Assembly (NCBI GenBank): GCA_965215185.1
Contig: OZ244034.1
Location: forward strand, 864,001-928,000
Direction: 5' to 3'
Length of the DNA: 64,000 nt
Source: Acidimicrobiia bacterium
GTDB taxonomy: Bacteria; Actinomycetota; Acidimicrobiia; Spongiisociales; ZC4RG35
Shown: positions 31,001 to 43,500 of the stretch, one piece after another
How positions within the stretch are numbered: position 1 is the first letter of the stretch
How the letters are laid out: every line of letters begins with the position of its first letter
Program-made: the position numbers and the translations under genes
Notes under the pieces: model-generated
Databases searched by the model: none
What the model was told of the DNA's origin: nothing
What the model saw: the letters and a program-made list of their open reading frames with translations, nothing else

Positions 31001-31564
31001 GACGCGGAACGAGACTGCCTCGCGCTGCACTCCCCCGAGAGCCAAGTGCATCTCCTCTGGCTGTCGCCCCTGGAACTCCCGGACCATGTCGGAATAGAGA
31101 CACAACTGCAGGACTGCCGAAGCCCTGGCGTGGCGGGCGAGCTTCGTGTCCCAAACTTCATAACTCCACTCGCCGAGGTCGCTGGGCCGCCCGACCCGCC
31201 GCAAGAAGTCGGCGTACCCGACCCGCCGGTCGACAAAGAGCACCGCCTGGTAGATGACATCGGCGCCGTCGCGCATCGCCCCCAGCGTCTCATCTCGCCC
31301 CCGGAGGAGACGCTCGCCACGCGGCAACGACTCGTCCCGTTCGACCTCGACGACCGTCACCCCAGCACCATGGAGCGACTCCAGAAAGCGCCGCTCGTGT
31401 TCGATACCCCGCTGCGCAATACGGTCCAGCACCGGATCGGAACGCAGCGGCCTCGTTAGATGCCCCCATACGGCCGCCCGCTCAAGATTCGCGAGGTGCC
31501 TGCACTCCAAGAACCCGACGAGATCAGTCGCGGAGTACACCACACGCCCATCGACTCGCTCCAC
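28067..31564 (-). CDS. TM0106-family RecB-like nuclease / RNase H-like / SF1 helicase
   Basis: YSATDL, ADFL...VWDTKLA, FFDIEGDP, YSIK, YNRDDC, QGPPGSGKS, IDEAGQ, TVDKFQGQE, RLNVATSRA. Confidence 0.9.
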   Translation of the reverse strand: MERVDGRVVYSATDLVGFLECRHLANLERAAVWGHLTRPLRSDPVLDRIAQRGIEHERRFLESLHGAGVTVVEVERDESLPRGERLLRGRDETLGAMRDGADVIYQAVLFVDRRVGYADFLRRVGRPSDLGEWSYEVWDTKLARHARASAVLQLCLYSDMVREFQGRQPEEMHLALGGVQREAVSFRVADYAAYFRLVAREFEAFLDGGSAFPVETVPEPVEHCGVCRWSERCRKRWRVEDDLSLVAGLSSRQRRALHMINVTTRTGLAEPVKALPDRLDGAGREALARIQAQARIQVRGERVGRTISARIAPSLDRHGEFVPNRGLLMLPEPSPGDLFFDIEGDPFFGSEEVDGIDYLFGVIEPGRLDAGGQPGFHAIWSIEDGTVTTGAERRAFEAFIDLVMDRLGSDPKLHIYHYASYEPTAVKRLAGRYGTREEEVDQLLRGRVFVDLYRAVRQGIRASVESYSIKRLERLYGFDREVGLRDAGASIVEFETWLELGQEDKRDKLLMEIERYNRDDCVSTLRLRDWLEGQRAELVRELGDLPRPTVSELEEREDSEAQKAVNKLVEALLATLPESIEQMSDEERGRWLLAQLLNWHRREAKSFWWRYFHLVGELTDEEHREEPDALGELTFESSWLDPAPGARSTIYRFRFPPQDHAIRTDSRPYDPETEKAVGKVVGVNDEDGLIDIKRGSTRPPSNATSLIPFEFVRAQPKPESLQRLARWIIEHGIEGPGPYRAARDLLARQPPRLGQGEGQPFLREGEDAQNAARRLVAGAHHSYLAIQGPPGSGKSTVGAKMIVDLVAAGKRIGVTANSHRVIGELLAKVGQVAEERGVTVAIGQRANDEPTYPDAEHLATNDAAVDALADGSLDVVGGTTWLWAREDMIKSIDVLFIDEAGQMSLADAIAASLSAMNLVLLGDPQQLDQPLQGVHPPGAARSALAHVLHGRRVMPDHLGLFLDGSWRLHPDISAYTSEVFYEGRLHSHPGRERLHLKGEPPLSGTGIRFVPVPHSGQSSDSPEEAGKLADLVHALMDVKPTYTDPTGLVHPVGAHDVLVITPYNAQVRIIQALLPDFRVGTVDKFQGQEAPISIYSMATSSGAEAPRGMEFLYSLNRLNVATSRAQCLAVVVASPALIRVRCRTPRQMRLANALARLVEVATEQA

Positions 31565-31824
31565 GGGGCCATGCTACCCGCGCACGTCGGGGGTGGCGCA
31601 TGTAGTGTCCCTGGAAGTGGTTTAAACGAAGTTGCCTACACAGGCGTATTCGTCAGAGAGAAGGTCCAGATTTCCTACCTCTACGGAGACAACTGCCTGA
31701 TCTTCTGCGCAGCGATAGCGCCCCGCAACTAGCCGACAGCCAACAACACCTACTCCATGGACCCGCCTGAATCGCGCCGGGTTTCAGTTTGTCCCAATCG
31801 GTGGCATGGAAAAGGGTTTGCCTC

Positions 31825-32985
31825 TCAGATGTTTAGGTAGCGGTTCCAGTTTTCCATTAGTTGGCGGCGTCGTTCCAAGAGGTCTGTTCTGGCGTAGGCT
31901 TTCTCTACCGCGTTTCGGATTTCGTGGCCGAGGGCCCGTTCGGCGACTTCGCGGTTTACGCCGGTTTCTCCGCACCAGTCCCGAAACGAGCTTCTCATCC
32001 CGTGTGGCACACAGCCCACGTTGTTTTCTTTGCAGAGTTTGCTCATGGTGGCGTTGCTGATTGGCCGTCCGGTAGGCGAGGGAAAAATCAGACCATTCCC
32101 GCCGGATAGTTGGTGTGCTGTGTCGAGAACGGCCAATGCTCCGCTGTTCAAAGGTACCCGGTGTACTTGCTGTGTTTTGGTGTGCTCGGCAGGGATGGTC
32201 CAGGTTGCGGTGGTGAGGTCAATTTCTGTCCATGTGGCGTGTCTGACTTCGCCGCTTCTGGTGGCGGTAAGGGTCAGGAATTTGAAAGCGGCGATCGTTG
32301 CCCAATGTGCATCGGTTGTTTCGACGGTTCGGATGGCTGCGCCGACCTTGTTGTGGGGTAGGGCTTTCATGTGTTGGGGTCGTTGGGTGTTGGAGCCCAG
32401 GGCGGCGGTGATACGGTCGTCGGCTGGGTTGTTCTCTCGGAACCCTTGAGCGATGGATCATTTCATGACCGCGGCTATCCGTTGTTTGACACGGCGGGCC
32501 GTCTCGGGTGTTGTGTGCCATATTGGGGTGAGACAGGCCATGACATTGGCGGTCGTGATTTGGTCCACCCGCTTTTTCCCAAGGTGAGGATAGGCGTAGG
32601 TGTGGAGGGTTGACCGCCAGTGCTCTTCGGACCTGCCACCCGGTTTCCATTTGGTGGCGTGAAGCCGGATTACCTGTTCGGTCGCCTGGCGAAAGGTTGG
32701 TGCCTTGCGGGGGCGGGGGTTGCGGCCTTCTGCGATGGCTTGTCGGTTCCGGAGAGCCCGCCGGCGGGCTTCGGCGAGTGTGACTGCTGGGTAGCTACCC
32801 AGCCCCAGGTTGGTGTATCTTCCGTTGATCTGGTTTCGTTGCGCCCAGGTTTTGGAGAGTCGCCCCTGGATTTTGGTTGGTTTGACTAACAGGCTCAGTC
32901 CATGGCCTCCTCGGCCGTCGCCATAGCGTCCGGGTTGGTGCACTGTTCTAACGAAAGATGCTGTGAGTGTTGGTGGTCGTCTCAC
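31825..32985 (-). pseudogene. P4-like tyrosine integrase with one in-frame TGA (Trp to stop) at 32458-32460
   Basis: Two in-frame ORFs (32458-32985, 31825-32370), highly similar to 56789-57967, where the same position reads VMKW. Confidence 0.88.
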
Positions 32986-33302
32986 CCCTGCTTCTCCCTT
33001 TCGGCTAACCCAGAGAAGGTCCGGTACCGCCGACTATTCCTAGTGTGGATTACTTCAATAGTTATCAACATTGCAATGCGATTAGGTGCAACCCCATGGG
33101 ACTGTCTGGAACTACCTGGGACACCAATACCCCGGTGACCTGGGCAAATATGAACCACATGGGACACTATGCGCCTATATAGGACGGGAAACCCGCGGAG
33201 GTCACCTCCATCGCACCCAGGAGAGAACCTAACCAGGGTGAACCTGCGTTGCTCAGCCCAAGAGGACTCTCCTGGGCACTCTAAGACGAGCAAGATCCGT
33301 GT

Positions 33303-33327
33303 GACAGATACTCTGGGAATATCTGTC
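33303..33327. repeat. Palindromic junction site C
   Basis: GACAGATACTC-TGG-GAATATCTGTC. Confidence 0.85.
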
Positions 33328-33399
33328 GTGCCAGGTGGCCCATTCCATCACAACTGTCTCCTACAGCGCTGGCGCGCTGGCCGAGGACTGTGAGACCGT

Positions 33400-33675
33400 A
33401 TCGTCGTTTCCAGCCGGCATCGTCTCTACCGAGGCGGGCATCGACAAGCCAAAGCGGCGCTGTACCGAGTAGCCATAGTACGAATGCGATTCCACCAACC
33501 CACCATCGACTATGTCGCTTGCCGCACTGCCGAGGGCCTCTCCCAAGAGGACATCATTCGCTGCCTGAATCGGTTCCTCGCCCGCGACGTCTACCAACGC
33601 GTCATGGCGGACCACCGAACCCAACAACGGACCACCCCCACCCCCTGAACCCAATATTTGACTTTAGGGGCGTCA
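33400..33675 (+). pseudogene. IS110-family transposase 3' remnant
   Basis: ALYRVAIVRMRFHQPTIDYV..RTAEG..DIIRCLNRFLARDVY; ends near TTGACTTTAGGGGCGTC. Confidence 0.65.
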
Positions 33676-33805
33676 ACGCCATCATGGAATCGTTTTGGGC
33701 TCGCATGTAGGTCGAATTGTTGGACCGGCAGCGCTGGCGGACCCGTATTGAATTCGCCAACGCTATCTTCGAGTACCTGGAGATCTTCCATAACCGGCAG
33801 CGAGT
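33676..33805 (+). pseudogene. IS3-family transposase remnant
   Basis: NAIMESFWARM*VELLDRQRWRTRIEFANAIFEYLEIFHNRQR. Confidence 0.7.
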
Positions 33806-33874
33806 AGAAGGCATCCTCGGGAACGTCAGCGAACCTACCGGGCTGCGCGAATGCCCCACCCCATGGCACAACTT

Positions 33875-34130
33875 CGTAACAGTAGAGATCCGCTGTTTCA
33901 TCCGGTGAGCGGTGTCCGGGTTTTTCGTGCCATTGCGGTGCGAGACAGGCCATGACATCCGCGGTGGTGATTAGGTCTACCCGCTTGTTCCCAAACCGGG
34001 GATAAGCGTAGGTCCGAAGGCTTGACCGCTAGTGCTCTTCTGACTTGCCGCCCGGTTTCCACTTGGCGGCGTGAAGTCGGATCACTTTCTTGGTGGCCTG
34101 GCCAAAGGTAGGCGCGTTGCGGGCACGGGA
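33875..34130 (-). pseudogene. Internal fragment of the same integrase family
   Basis: DNA closely matches about 57450-57700 (YAYPRFGNKRVDLITTADVMACLAPQWH). Confidence 0.8.
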
Positions 34131-34513
34131 CCCGGTGTTGGTTGCCCTGGTCAGAGGGGATACTAAGGGAAGTGCCGGGTTTTCATATCGCTTTCAGTGT
34201 CTCGTTGTGTTGGGGGCCTATCAGGCCATACCGGGTGGGGTGAGGCACGTTGGGGGCGATTAGTCAGGTCATAGCGGTGGGCATCGAAGCCCTGTTCAAC
34301 TGGGTCCTTCTCGATATGCAACGGGCGGGGACGTGCCCTCCTTTTTCAGGCACCGACAAGATTGCCTTCCACCGCGATCCGCGACGCCGCTGGCATTCAA
34401 AAGATTAAAGTAGTGGGCTTGGCTGTTTGGTGGTAGATTGGGATGCGCGCCGAGTCGGTGGCGTCGTTGTACAACTTGCGGCGTCGATTTGAGATTAGGG
34501 CTGATCTGCCACG

Positions 34514-37500
34514 TTGAGTTACAGAAGGGCAAAGGTGCACAAAGCACGCTGGCGGCATTTCGCGCGCTCTCGCGCTGTGCGTGGTCTAGCCTGTGGATCC
34601 GGGAGCGGGAGCGGGAGCGTCTGGAGGGTGGCGGTTTGGTTGGCAGTGTTTGCTGTCTTGTTGCCGGTGTTTCCTGTCGGTGCGGTGGGTGCGCAGGGCG
34701 CGGTTGATGCGGACGAGACGCGGTCGGGAGCGCAGGATCTGGGTGATGTGACGGAGTGGGACGAGCCTAGAGTCTTCGATAGCGAGGTGGACGGCGCCGA
34801 CGATTCGGTGGACTATTTCAGGTTTTCGTTGAGCGAGCCGAGGCTGGTGGTGCTGCGATTGCGCCGAATGGAGTTCGACGCCGACCTATTTGTGGAGGTC
34901 CCGTCGGGATGGGTGCTGGCATCCAGTCAGGAGAACGGAACCGCGAAAGAGGGGATCAGCGTTGGGCTGGCCGTGGGCGTTTATTTAGTGAGGGTGGAGG
35001 CTCGGGAGCAGGGCAGCAACGCCTATCGGCTAAAGGTGGCCGCCAAGGTCGCGCCGGAGGGGACGGTGTTTCATGGGAATACGGAGGGGGTTTCTGATAA
35101 GGAGTCCGAGGATGGGGAACTGGTCGAGGGGTCGGTCCTGCGCTCCGCGCACGACCCGGACTCGACGCCGTCGGGAGCGACCGATTGGGGGGACGTAACG
35201 GGTTGGTCCTCGCCGCGGACGTTTGATGACTCGGTGGATGGCGGGGACGACGTAGTCGATTATTTCGCGTTCACTTTGGCCGCCACCAAGCGGATCGGGG
35301 CGGGGCTGAGCTTCATGGAACTCAATGCCGACATTTTCCTGGAAAACTCGTCCGGCACGGTGCTGGCGTCGGGCAGGAACCGCGACAACCGCCGGGAGCG
35401 GCTTAACACGGAACTCGGACCGGGCGACTATCTGCTTCGAGTGCAAGCGCAGCAGGGCGGTCTCAACACGTATGAGATCTTCTTGCAGACCGCCAAACCC
35501 GACAGTGTCACTGCGGGATTCGACACCTCTGCGGTGGTCAGGGTGGGCGCCTGCTTCGAGGGAGCCGACGGCGCGAACATTGTACCGTCGTGGAACATCG
35601 ACTGGGTGAGGGTCGAGCTCACCGCGGGCGAGGTCTATGTATTGGAGGTGCGGGGCCGCGACTCTGGATCGGGCGCTCTAGTCGACCCTGAGTTGAAAGC
35701 GGTGTATGTGGATCCGGACGGGGCGGTGTTCGACACGTACGACCAAGCCGGCCGGAGTTCCTCCGATGGACTGATCCTTGACAACGGCTTGTCATCCGAG
35801 GACCTGGACGAAGACGGATCACCCGACATATTGGACATGTACCCGAACCTTCCCGGTCCAGTGGGGTCGCCCGATCCGTTCGGGGAGAAACCGGTTCTGT
35901 CGTTTACCGAAGCATATGACCTTGACGACGGTCTTGGCCAGGATGCGTGGCTGCTGTTCCGCGCCGAGAAGACCGGATCGCACTATCTCGTGGTCGAGTC
36001 CCAGGGCGGATTCCAGGGCACCTACACGGTTGCCGCGGCCGAAGCAGCCGACGCGCCGGCGGTGTGCGGGAATGAGCCGCCGAGGCTGGAGAGCCCGGCT
36101 GCAGGAGCAACAGTGGTTGAGAACACGCGGCCGGTGTGGTTGTTGAGGGTGGTCGACGGCGACGCTCAGGACGCTGTTGTTGATGTGCGTCTGGCGGGTT
36201 CGTCCCCGGCGGGGTTCTTTGAGGTGTCTGGCAGCCTGGCGAGCGGCGATCTGCGACTGGTGACGACTGCTGCGCTTGACCATGAGGTCGGCGGCGCCAA
36301 CTCCGGCGTCTACGAAGCCGAGTTGGTGATGATCAGCGGGGTCGGCGACCGAGAGCGCACTGCGAGACAGCGGTGGACGGTCATCGCGGGAGATGTTGAC
36401 GAGCCACCGACCTCGGTGCAAGGTCTGCGCGCCGCAGCCATGTCGCACAGCACCGCGACGCTGCAATGGGGCGCTTCGTCGTGCGACTCGGCGACCACTT
36501 GCCCGTCGATCGGCTATGAGATCTATCGGCTCGACGGGACAGAGTGGATTCTCCTTGACCGTGTTGAGGCGCTGTCTTATACCGCTGCGGGTCTCGAACC
36601 AGAGTCCACCTACCAGTTCCGGGTCGACGCGAACAACGACGAAGGCACCGCTGCTGGTTCTGTGCTTAGTGTTACTACTGACGAGCCGCCGCCGGACTGC
36701 GCGGGTGACATCACCACAGCGTGCACCGTGGCGGTGGACGCCACGGCGTCGGAATCGGTCAGCGAGGCCGGCGACGCCGACTGGTACGCGGTCACGCTGG
36801 GGGTGGCGCGCTTGTATCGGTTCGAGGTGTCTGGCAGGGGCAGCGATGCGCTAGGGGACCCGTTTGTGAAGCTCTATGACGACACCGGCGCCGCGGTGGC
36901 TGCGGGCGGCGTTGTCGTGGAGGACGCGGAAACCACCGGCGACGGCACCGCGGAGGTTGATTTCCGGTCGGGTTTGACGGGCGAGTACTTCTTGGAGGCG
37001 GCCGCTTCTGATGGGGTCGGCACCGGCTACTACACGCTCTCGGTGGTCGATCTGACGCCGGCCTCGATGTCTGAGGGCGTCAACGATCTCCCCGAGTCGC
37101 CTTTCACGCCTGGACGGGTCGAACCTGACGGTGGGGAGGTGACTGGCGGAGTGGGCACGGTCGGCGATGTGGACTGGTTCGCGGTCGATCTGGGGTCGGG
37201 CCGCACCTATCGGGTTAGCGTGGTAGGCGGGACCGGCACCGGGGAGCTGGCTGATCCGGCGTTCAAACTTCTCGATGATGCTGGTGCGGAGCTGTCGCCT
37301 GCGGTGGGCGACACCGACGACGACGATGATGGCACGGCCGTCACCGAGTTCACTCCCGCGGTGGCGGGCACGTATTTCGTTGCGGTGTTAGAGGACGGCG
37401 ATGACGGCACTGGTGCGTACACGGTGCTGGTGCAGGAGTTGGACTGCGCGGGGGATGCCACCACGGGCTGTGTTGTGGAGGTGGGCGGTTCCAAGGTCGG

Positions 37501-40500
37501 CGGGATCGGCGATGCGGGGGATGTGGATTGGTATCGGGTCGCTGTGGGGGCGGGCACTGATTATGAGATCAGTGTTGTGGGCGGGTCCGGCGTGGGGGTT
37601 CTGGCCGATCCGGTTGTGAGGGTCTATGACGCCACGGGTGTCACGGTGGTCGTGCAGGACAGCGACGCCGACGATGACGGCACTGCCAGCGTCGCTGTCG
37701 CGCCCACCGAGGCTGGCACCTATTTCGTTGCGGTGTTAGAGGACGGCGATGACGCCACTGGTGCTTACACGGTGATGGTGGCCGTCATCAACAGCCCGCC
37801 GAAGTTTCTCGATCCGTACGCGACGGTCTTGCCGCTCGGGGAGCGGTTGGATGTGTCCTTGATGGAGAACACCGAACTTGTGCTGGATATTGACGTTTTC
37901 GACGCTGATGAGGCTGACTCGGTGTCGGGGTACAGCATCGTCGGCGGCGCTGATGAGAGCTTGTTCGAGATTGATGCCGGCAACGACGATGCGTTGACGA
38001 TGACGGTCGTCGCGGATTTCGAGATGCCCGTGGACAGCGGCACGGACAACGTCTATGAGGTGGAGTTGCAGGCCACCAGCGGCGCGGGTGCCCGGCAGAA
38101 GACCGCGATGGTGCTGGTGGCGGTGACCGTGACCGACGACGATTCCGAGGCTCCGGGAAAGTCCATGCCGCAGGTGATTGACGAGAGGTTCGACAGCGTG
38201 TCCGTCAGGTGGACCACGCCGCAGACGACGGGCCCTCCCATTACCGGCTATCAGATCCTGCGCCGTCTGCTGCCCAATGGTGAGTGGTCGAATTTGCCTG
38301 AGGTGGCTCCGTCGGTCCTTGAGGGTGTCGTCGACGGTCTGGACTCCGGCGCCGCTTATGAGATTGCGGTGGAGGCTCAAAGTGATGAGGGCGAGAGCTT
38401 GTCGGACTCGGTGATTGCCTACACCGATGAGTGTGCTGCTTCGGCGGTCGGGTCGTGCCCGCTCGCCGTCGGTAGCCCGGTCACGGCGCGCATCAACATC
38501 TTCAACGCCGGCGTTGACGCGGACTGGTTCGTGGTCGAGCTTGAAGCGACCACGCCCTATCGCATCGAGGTCAAGGGCAGCGAGCCTGCTGACCCTGGCG
38601 GCACCGTGAGTGATCCTGCCACTCTTTCTGATCCGGCTTTGAGGGTGTTCGACGCGGGTGGTGTCGCAGTGGCTGATGCGTTCGACGCTGACGGCGGCGA
38701 GGGCCAGAACTCTGTGCTGGCGTTCACCGCCCCGCAGACCGGCACCTATTACGTCGAGGTACGCGAAGACGGCGACGACGCCACGGGCAGTTACACCGTT
38801 GCGGTCAGCACTGACGATACGTGCGGGGCCAGCACCGCGACAGCGTGCACGGTCGCGGTTGACGGGACCGCGGCGGGTACCGCCGAGTCCGGCAGCGACG
38901 TGGACTGGTACTCGGTCGGCCTTGACCCCGACGTCGCCTATGTGTTGTATGTCGTTTCGCGCAGCGAGAACTCTGACGGCTTGGCTGATCCGTTGCTGGT
39001 GGGCGTGTTCGACGCGGCGGGGGTGCTGATTGGCGGCACTGCTGATTCTGACTCTGGCGCGGGGCAGGACAGCTACAAGCTGTTCGCCCCCGACACCGCG
39101 GCGACTTACTACGTGGCGGTCGGGTCCGACAGCGGCCGGGGAGGTGACTTCACCTTGTTCGTGTCGCGCCAGAGGCCGCAGAACTCTGTGCGGGAACCCA
39201 CCGGCGGCGATCTGGCGTCCCATGCCGGCACGACCGGTCACATATTGGTCGCCGGACAGTCCACCGGCGAGTTCTCCGACGAATCCGATCGCGACATGTT
39301 CGGGGTGTGGCTGGAGGCGGGGCGGGTGTATCGGATCGGGGCGAGTGGTGCGTGCAGCGACGACGCGGCACTTGTGGGCGGTACCTCCACAGGCCTGGGG
39401 ATCTCGTTGGTGGATCATCAGCTGGATGCGTCCCACGGCTCAGCAGCGGTCCATCTCGGCGCCGGCGTCGGCGCGGAGTTCATCGCCTCTGCGTCGGGTG
39501 CGTGCCCGCGCCCGACCATGGACGTCCAGGTGCTCGAATCGCTGTTCGCTTATGTGCTGGCAGCCGATGACGGCGTGGCGGGAGCCGGGACCTACACGGT
39601 GTCGGTGTCTGATGTGTCAGCGGAGGTGACGGTGCCCGACACGGCGGGTCGGGATGCTGCTGGGTCCACGTCGACGTCGGGCCGGGCCAGGGTGGGCGTC
39701 GCGGTCACCGGCGTGATCGATCCCAGCGGCGACGTGGACTGGTTCGCGATCGAGTTGGAGGCGGGCACCGCGTACCGCATCGATGTGCGCGGCGACAGCG
39801 TCACCGACAACGGCGGCACGCTGGGGGACCCGTACGTGAGCCTGCTCGACAGCGCCGGCGGTCCGCTGTCGCCTGCGGTGTTTGACAACGACTCCGGCGC
39901 TGACAACAACGCCCGCATCCTGTCGTACACGCCCACGGTGTCGGGCACGTTTTACATCGAGGTGAAAGACAACGCCGGCGGCACCGGCACCTACACTGTG
40001 GCGGTTGGCGTGGGCGACGCCTGCGCGGCGTCGGTGTCCACCGCTTGCACGGTGGAGGCGGACAGCGCTGCGGAGGGCACGATCGGCGAGGCCAGCGATG
40101 TGGACTGGTTCAAGGCGACCGCCCTGGCAGCCGATGTGCCCTACACGCTGTATGTGGCGCCTCGGGGCGCCGCAGTCGACGATCTGGAGGATCCGAAGCT
40201 CGAGGGTGTTTACGATTCGACCGGGGTGCAGATCGCGGGTACCACCGATTCCGACTCCGGCGCCGGGCAGGACAGCTATGTGGTGTTCACACCCGATGCC
40301 GCGGACACGTTCTATGTGGCGGTGGGCCGCGACAGCGGAGTTCCGGGCGATTTCAGCGTGTTCGTAGCCCGCCGCGAGCCCGCCGCGACAGTCTCTGAGG
40401 ACCATGGCAGCGACGTGCACGGCGGCGCGGGCACATGGGCGCACCTGCTCGTCGGCGACACAGCCACCGGCGACCTCTCCCATGTCGGCGACGCGGACGC

Positions 40501-43500
40501 TGTGGGGGTGCGGCTGGCGGCCGGGCGGGTGTACCGCCTCGAAGCGAGGGGCGCATGCCCGCAGCAACCCAACCTCAGCGGCGGCACCCTGGCGAACCCG
40601 AGCCTGACCCTCAACGATGCCGCGGGCAGCACCGACCACAGCCAACTTGCCGCAGTCGACCCAGCCCAAGGGTTCTCCGGTGAGGGCTCCGCGGCGACGT
40701 GCACTCCCGCCAGCGTCGACGTGCAGGCACTGGACACAGTGCTGGTATACGCCCAGATCACCACTGCTGATGCTGTCGCCCCGACAGGGACCTGGACGCT
40801 GTCGATGACCGACATCTCCGCGCACGCCACCATCGCTGAACCCTCCGACGGCGACGCCACCGCCGACACCGACACCGCGGGCCGGGTGGCGGTGGGCGCA
40901 TCGGTCACCGGCACGATCGATCCCGACGGCGACGAGGACTGGTACGCGGTGGAACTGGAGGCAGGCGCCGCATACCGCATCGACGTGCGCGGCGACAGCG
41001 CCACCAACAACGGCGGCACGCTGGCGGACCCGCACGTGAGCCTCCTCGACAGCGCCGGGGCCTACCTGTCACCCGCGGTGAGCGACGACAACTCCGGAGT
41101 CAACAACAACGCTCGCATAGGGTCATTCACGCCGACTGTCACCGGCACGTTCTACATCGTGGTGTCCGATCCCGACGGAACCGGCACCGGCACCTACACG
41201 ATGTCGGTGACCCCCGGCGCCGATTGCCCCACCGACATCGCGACGACCTGCGAAACCGCCATCGACGAGGCCGTGGACGGCGTCGTCCACGCCAACGACG
41301 ACCAGGACTGGTTCAAAGCGACGCTGGCACAAGACACCGCCTACACGTTGTATGTGACGCCACGCGGTTCGAGTGCCGCAGACCTCGAGGACCCCGAGCT
41401 GGTCGGGGTGTATGACTCCTCCGGCGACCTGATCGCTGACACCACCGACGCCGACTCTGGTCTCGGCGCCCACAGCTACACCGTGTTCACCCCCGACGCG
41501 GCCGGTGTGTACTACGCGGCGGTGGGCCGCGACACCGGAGGGGTGGGCGGCTTCACCCTGTGGATGGCGCGCCAGCGGCCCGGCGCCACCGTGGCAGAGC
41601 CCACCGGCGGCGACCTAGCGCCCCACGCGGGCACCATCGGCCATCTGTTGGCCGCAGGCCAGGCGACCGGCACGATCGCCGACGATCGCGACGAAGACCT
41701 CTACGGGATGTGGCTCGAAGCCGGCCGCGCCTACCGGATAGCGGCCCAGGGCGCGTGCACCACAGACGGCCCGCTCCACGGCGGCACCCTCACCGGCTAC
41801 GGGCTGTCGCTCGAGAACGCCGCCGGCGCCACGACCCACATCGGCACCGCCCAACGGATCATCGTCTCCTCGACCGGCGCCGGCACCACCGAACTCTTGG
41901 GCGTCTTCCCCTCCGGCATCGCGTTCACCGCCTCAGTCTTCAACGAGTGCGAGACCGCCAGCCTCGACGTGGAGATGCAGCAGTCAGCGCCGCTTTATCT
42001 GCGGGTCGCCCCGCTCCCAGGGGAGTCAGGCACCTACACTGTGTCGCTGGAGGACATCACCGCGCAGCTGACGGTTTCTGAGCCTGTCGGGCAGGACTTT
42101 CCCGCCGAGACCACGACCGCGGGCCGAGCCGGCATCGGCGGCTCCGCAACCGGAACGATCAGTTCCGCCGGTGACACGGACTGGTTCGCGGTCCACCTCG
42201 AAGCAGGCGGCCGGTATCAGATCGATGTGCTCGGTGACGTCAACCGGGCCTACGGCGGCACCCTCGCAGACCCCGAAGTCACACTGTTCGACATCGACGG
42301 CAACCCGCTGTCACCCGAGGTCAGCAACGACAACTCCGGCTACGTCAACAACGCCCGCATCCGTTCCTACACCGCCACCGGGTCGGGCACCCACTACATC
42401 GTGATCGAGTCCGCCGACGGCTCCGGCACCGGCACCTACACCGTGCAAGTGCACAACCCTCCGCCCATGCGACCATCTGTACCCACCGCGGTCACGGTGC
42501 AAAAGTCCGGCTTTAGGAATCTGGTCGTCTCCTGGGAGCCTCCCGGCGACACCGGCGGCGCCGAGGTTGCCTCCTACCAAGTGGTCTGGGAGTCCACCGT
42601 CGATGGCTATGACGACTTCGAAGACCTGCTCAGGCGAGGCAAGGTGGTCGCCGGCCGCACTTCGACGACCATTTCGGGCCTGCTCGACCGGCTGCCTGCA
42701 TCAGGCACGGCGCCCGAATACCAAGTGAGGGTCCGTGCGCTCAATGCCGCCGGCCACAGCCCCTGGACAGAGCCCGAGACCGAGACGCCCGTGGTGGCCC
42801 CCACCGAAGTGAAGAACCTCAACCTCGAAGTGATGAGCGCCAGCAGCATCAACGTCACCTGGGATCCCCCAGCCGACAACGGCGGACTGGCCATCACCAG
42901 CTATCTGGTCGAATACAAGCCATTCTTCTACACCTGGGCGCAGGCCAACACAGTAACCACCACCGACACGTCCTATCTCATCTCGGGCCGAACCAGCGGC
43001 CGGATCTACGACGTCAGCGTCACGGCGCTAAACGCCGCCGGCGGGACTGACGGGGCCACAAAAGAGACGTTCCTGCCGTCGCTGCCCTACACGCCCACCA
43101 ACCTCACCCTGTACAGCAAACATCAAGGTTTCACCGTCTCCTGGCAGCTAGCCCCCACCGACAGCAGACCGGTCTCCAACAGCGTGCTGCGATGGAGACG
43201 CCTCCCGTCCACCAGCTGGAGAACAAAGACTGTCGACTCCGATTCGCGCCGGGCATACGACTTCAGCGGCTTTGGCAACGGCGCCGACTTCGAGTTCCAG
43301 GTTGTTGCCGAGAACGACGCCGGCCGGAGCTCCTGGACCAACTCTGTTATCGCGGCACCGGTTCACCAGCCGCAGGCACCCCAAAACCTCAGCATCGACG
43401 CTAACCACAAACAGAGCGGCACATCACGCGAATTGCGTGTCACCTGGAGTCATGACCAATCCGATACCGGCTTCACGGTCCGGTGGCGACTCAGCACTTC

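Noticed and set aside
32458-32460. Recoded TGA (alternative genetic code or selenocysteine)
   Set aside because: A single TGG-to-TGA change; other genes in the window use TGA as stop and TGG for Trp.
34261-34280. GTCATAGCGG (reverse complement of the CCGCTATGAC flank of sites F and G) as an oriT or an eighth site
   Set aside because: Only a 10-bp match with no palindrome, and no relaxase in the window.
37736-41035. Long antisense ORFs (566 and 472 aa) and similar shadow ORFs such as 60234-61682
   Set aside because: They lie opposite well-supported genes, are expected in high-GC DNA, and show no recognisable motifs.
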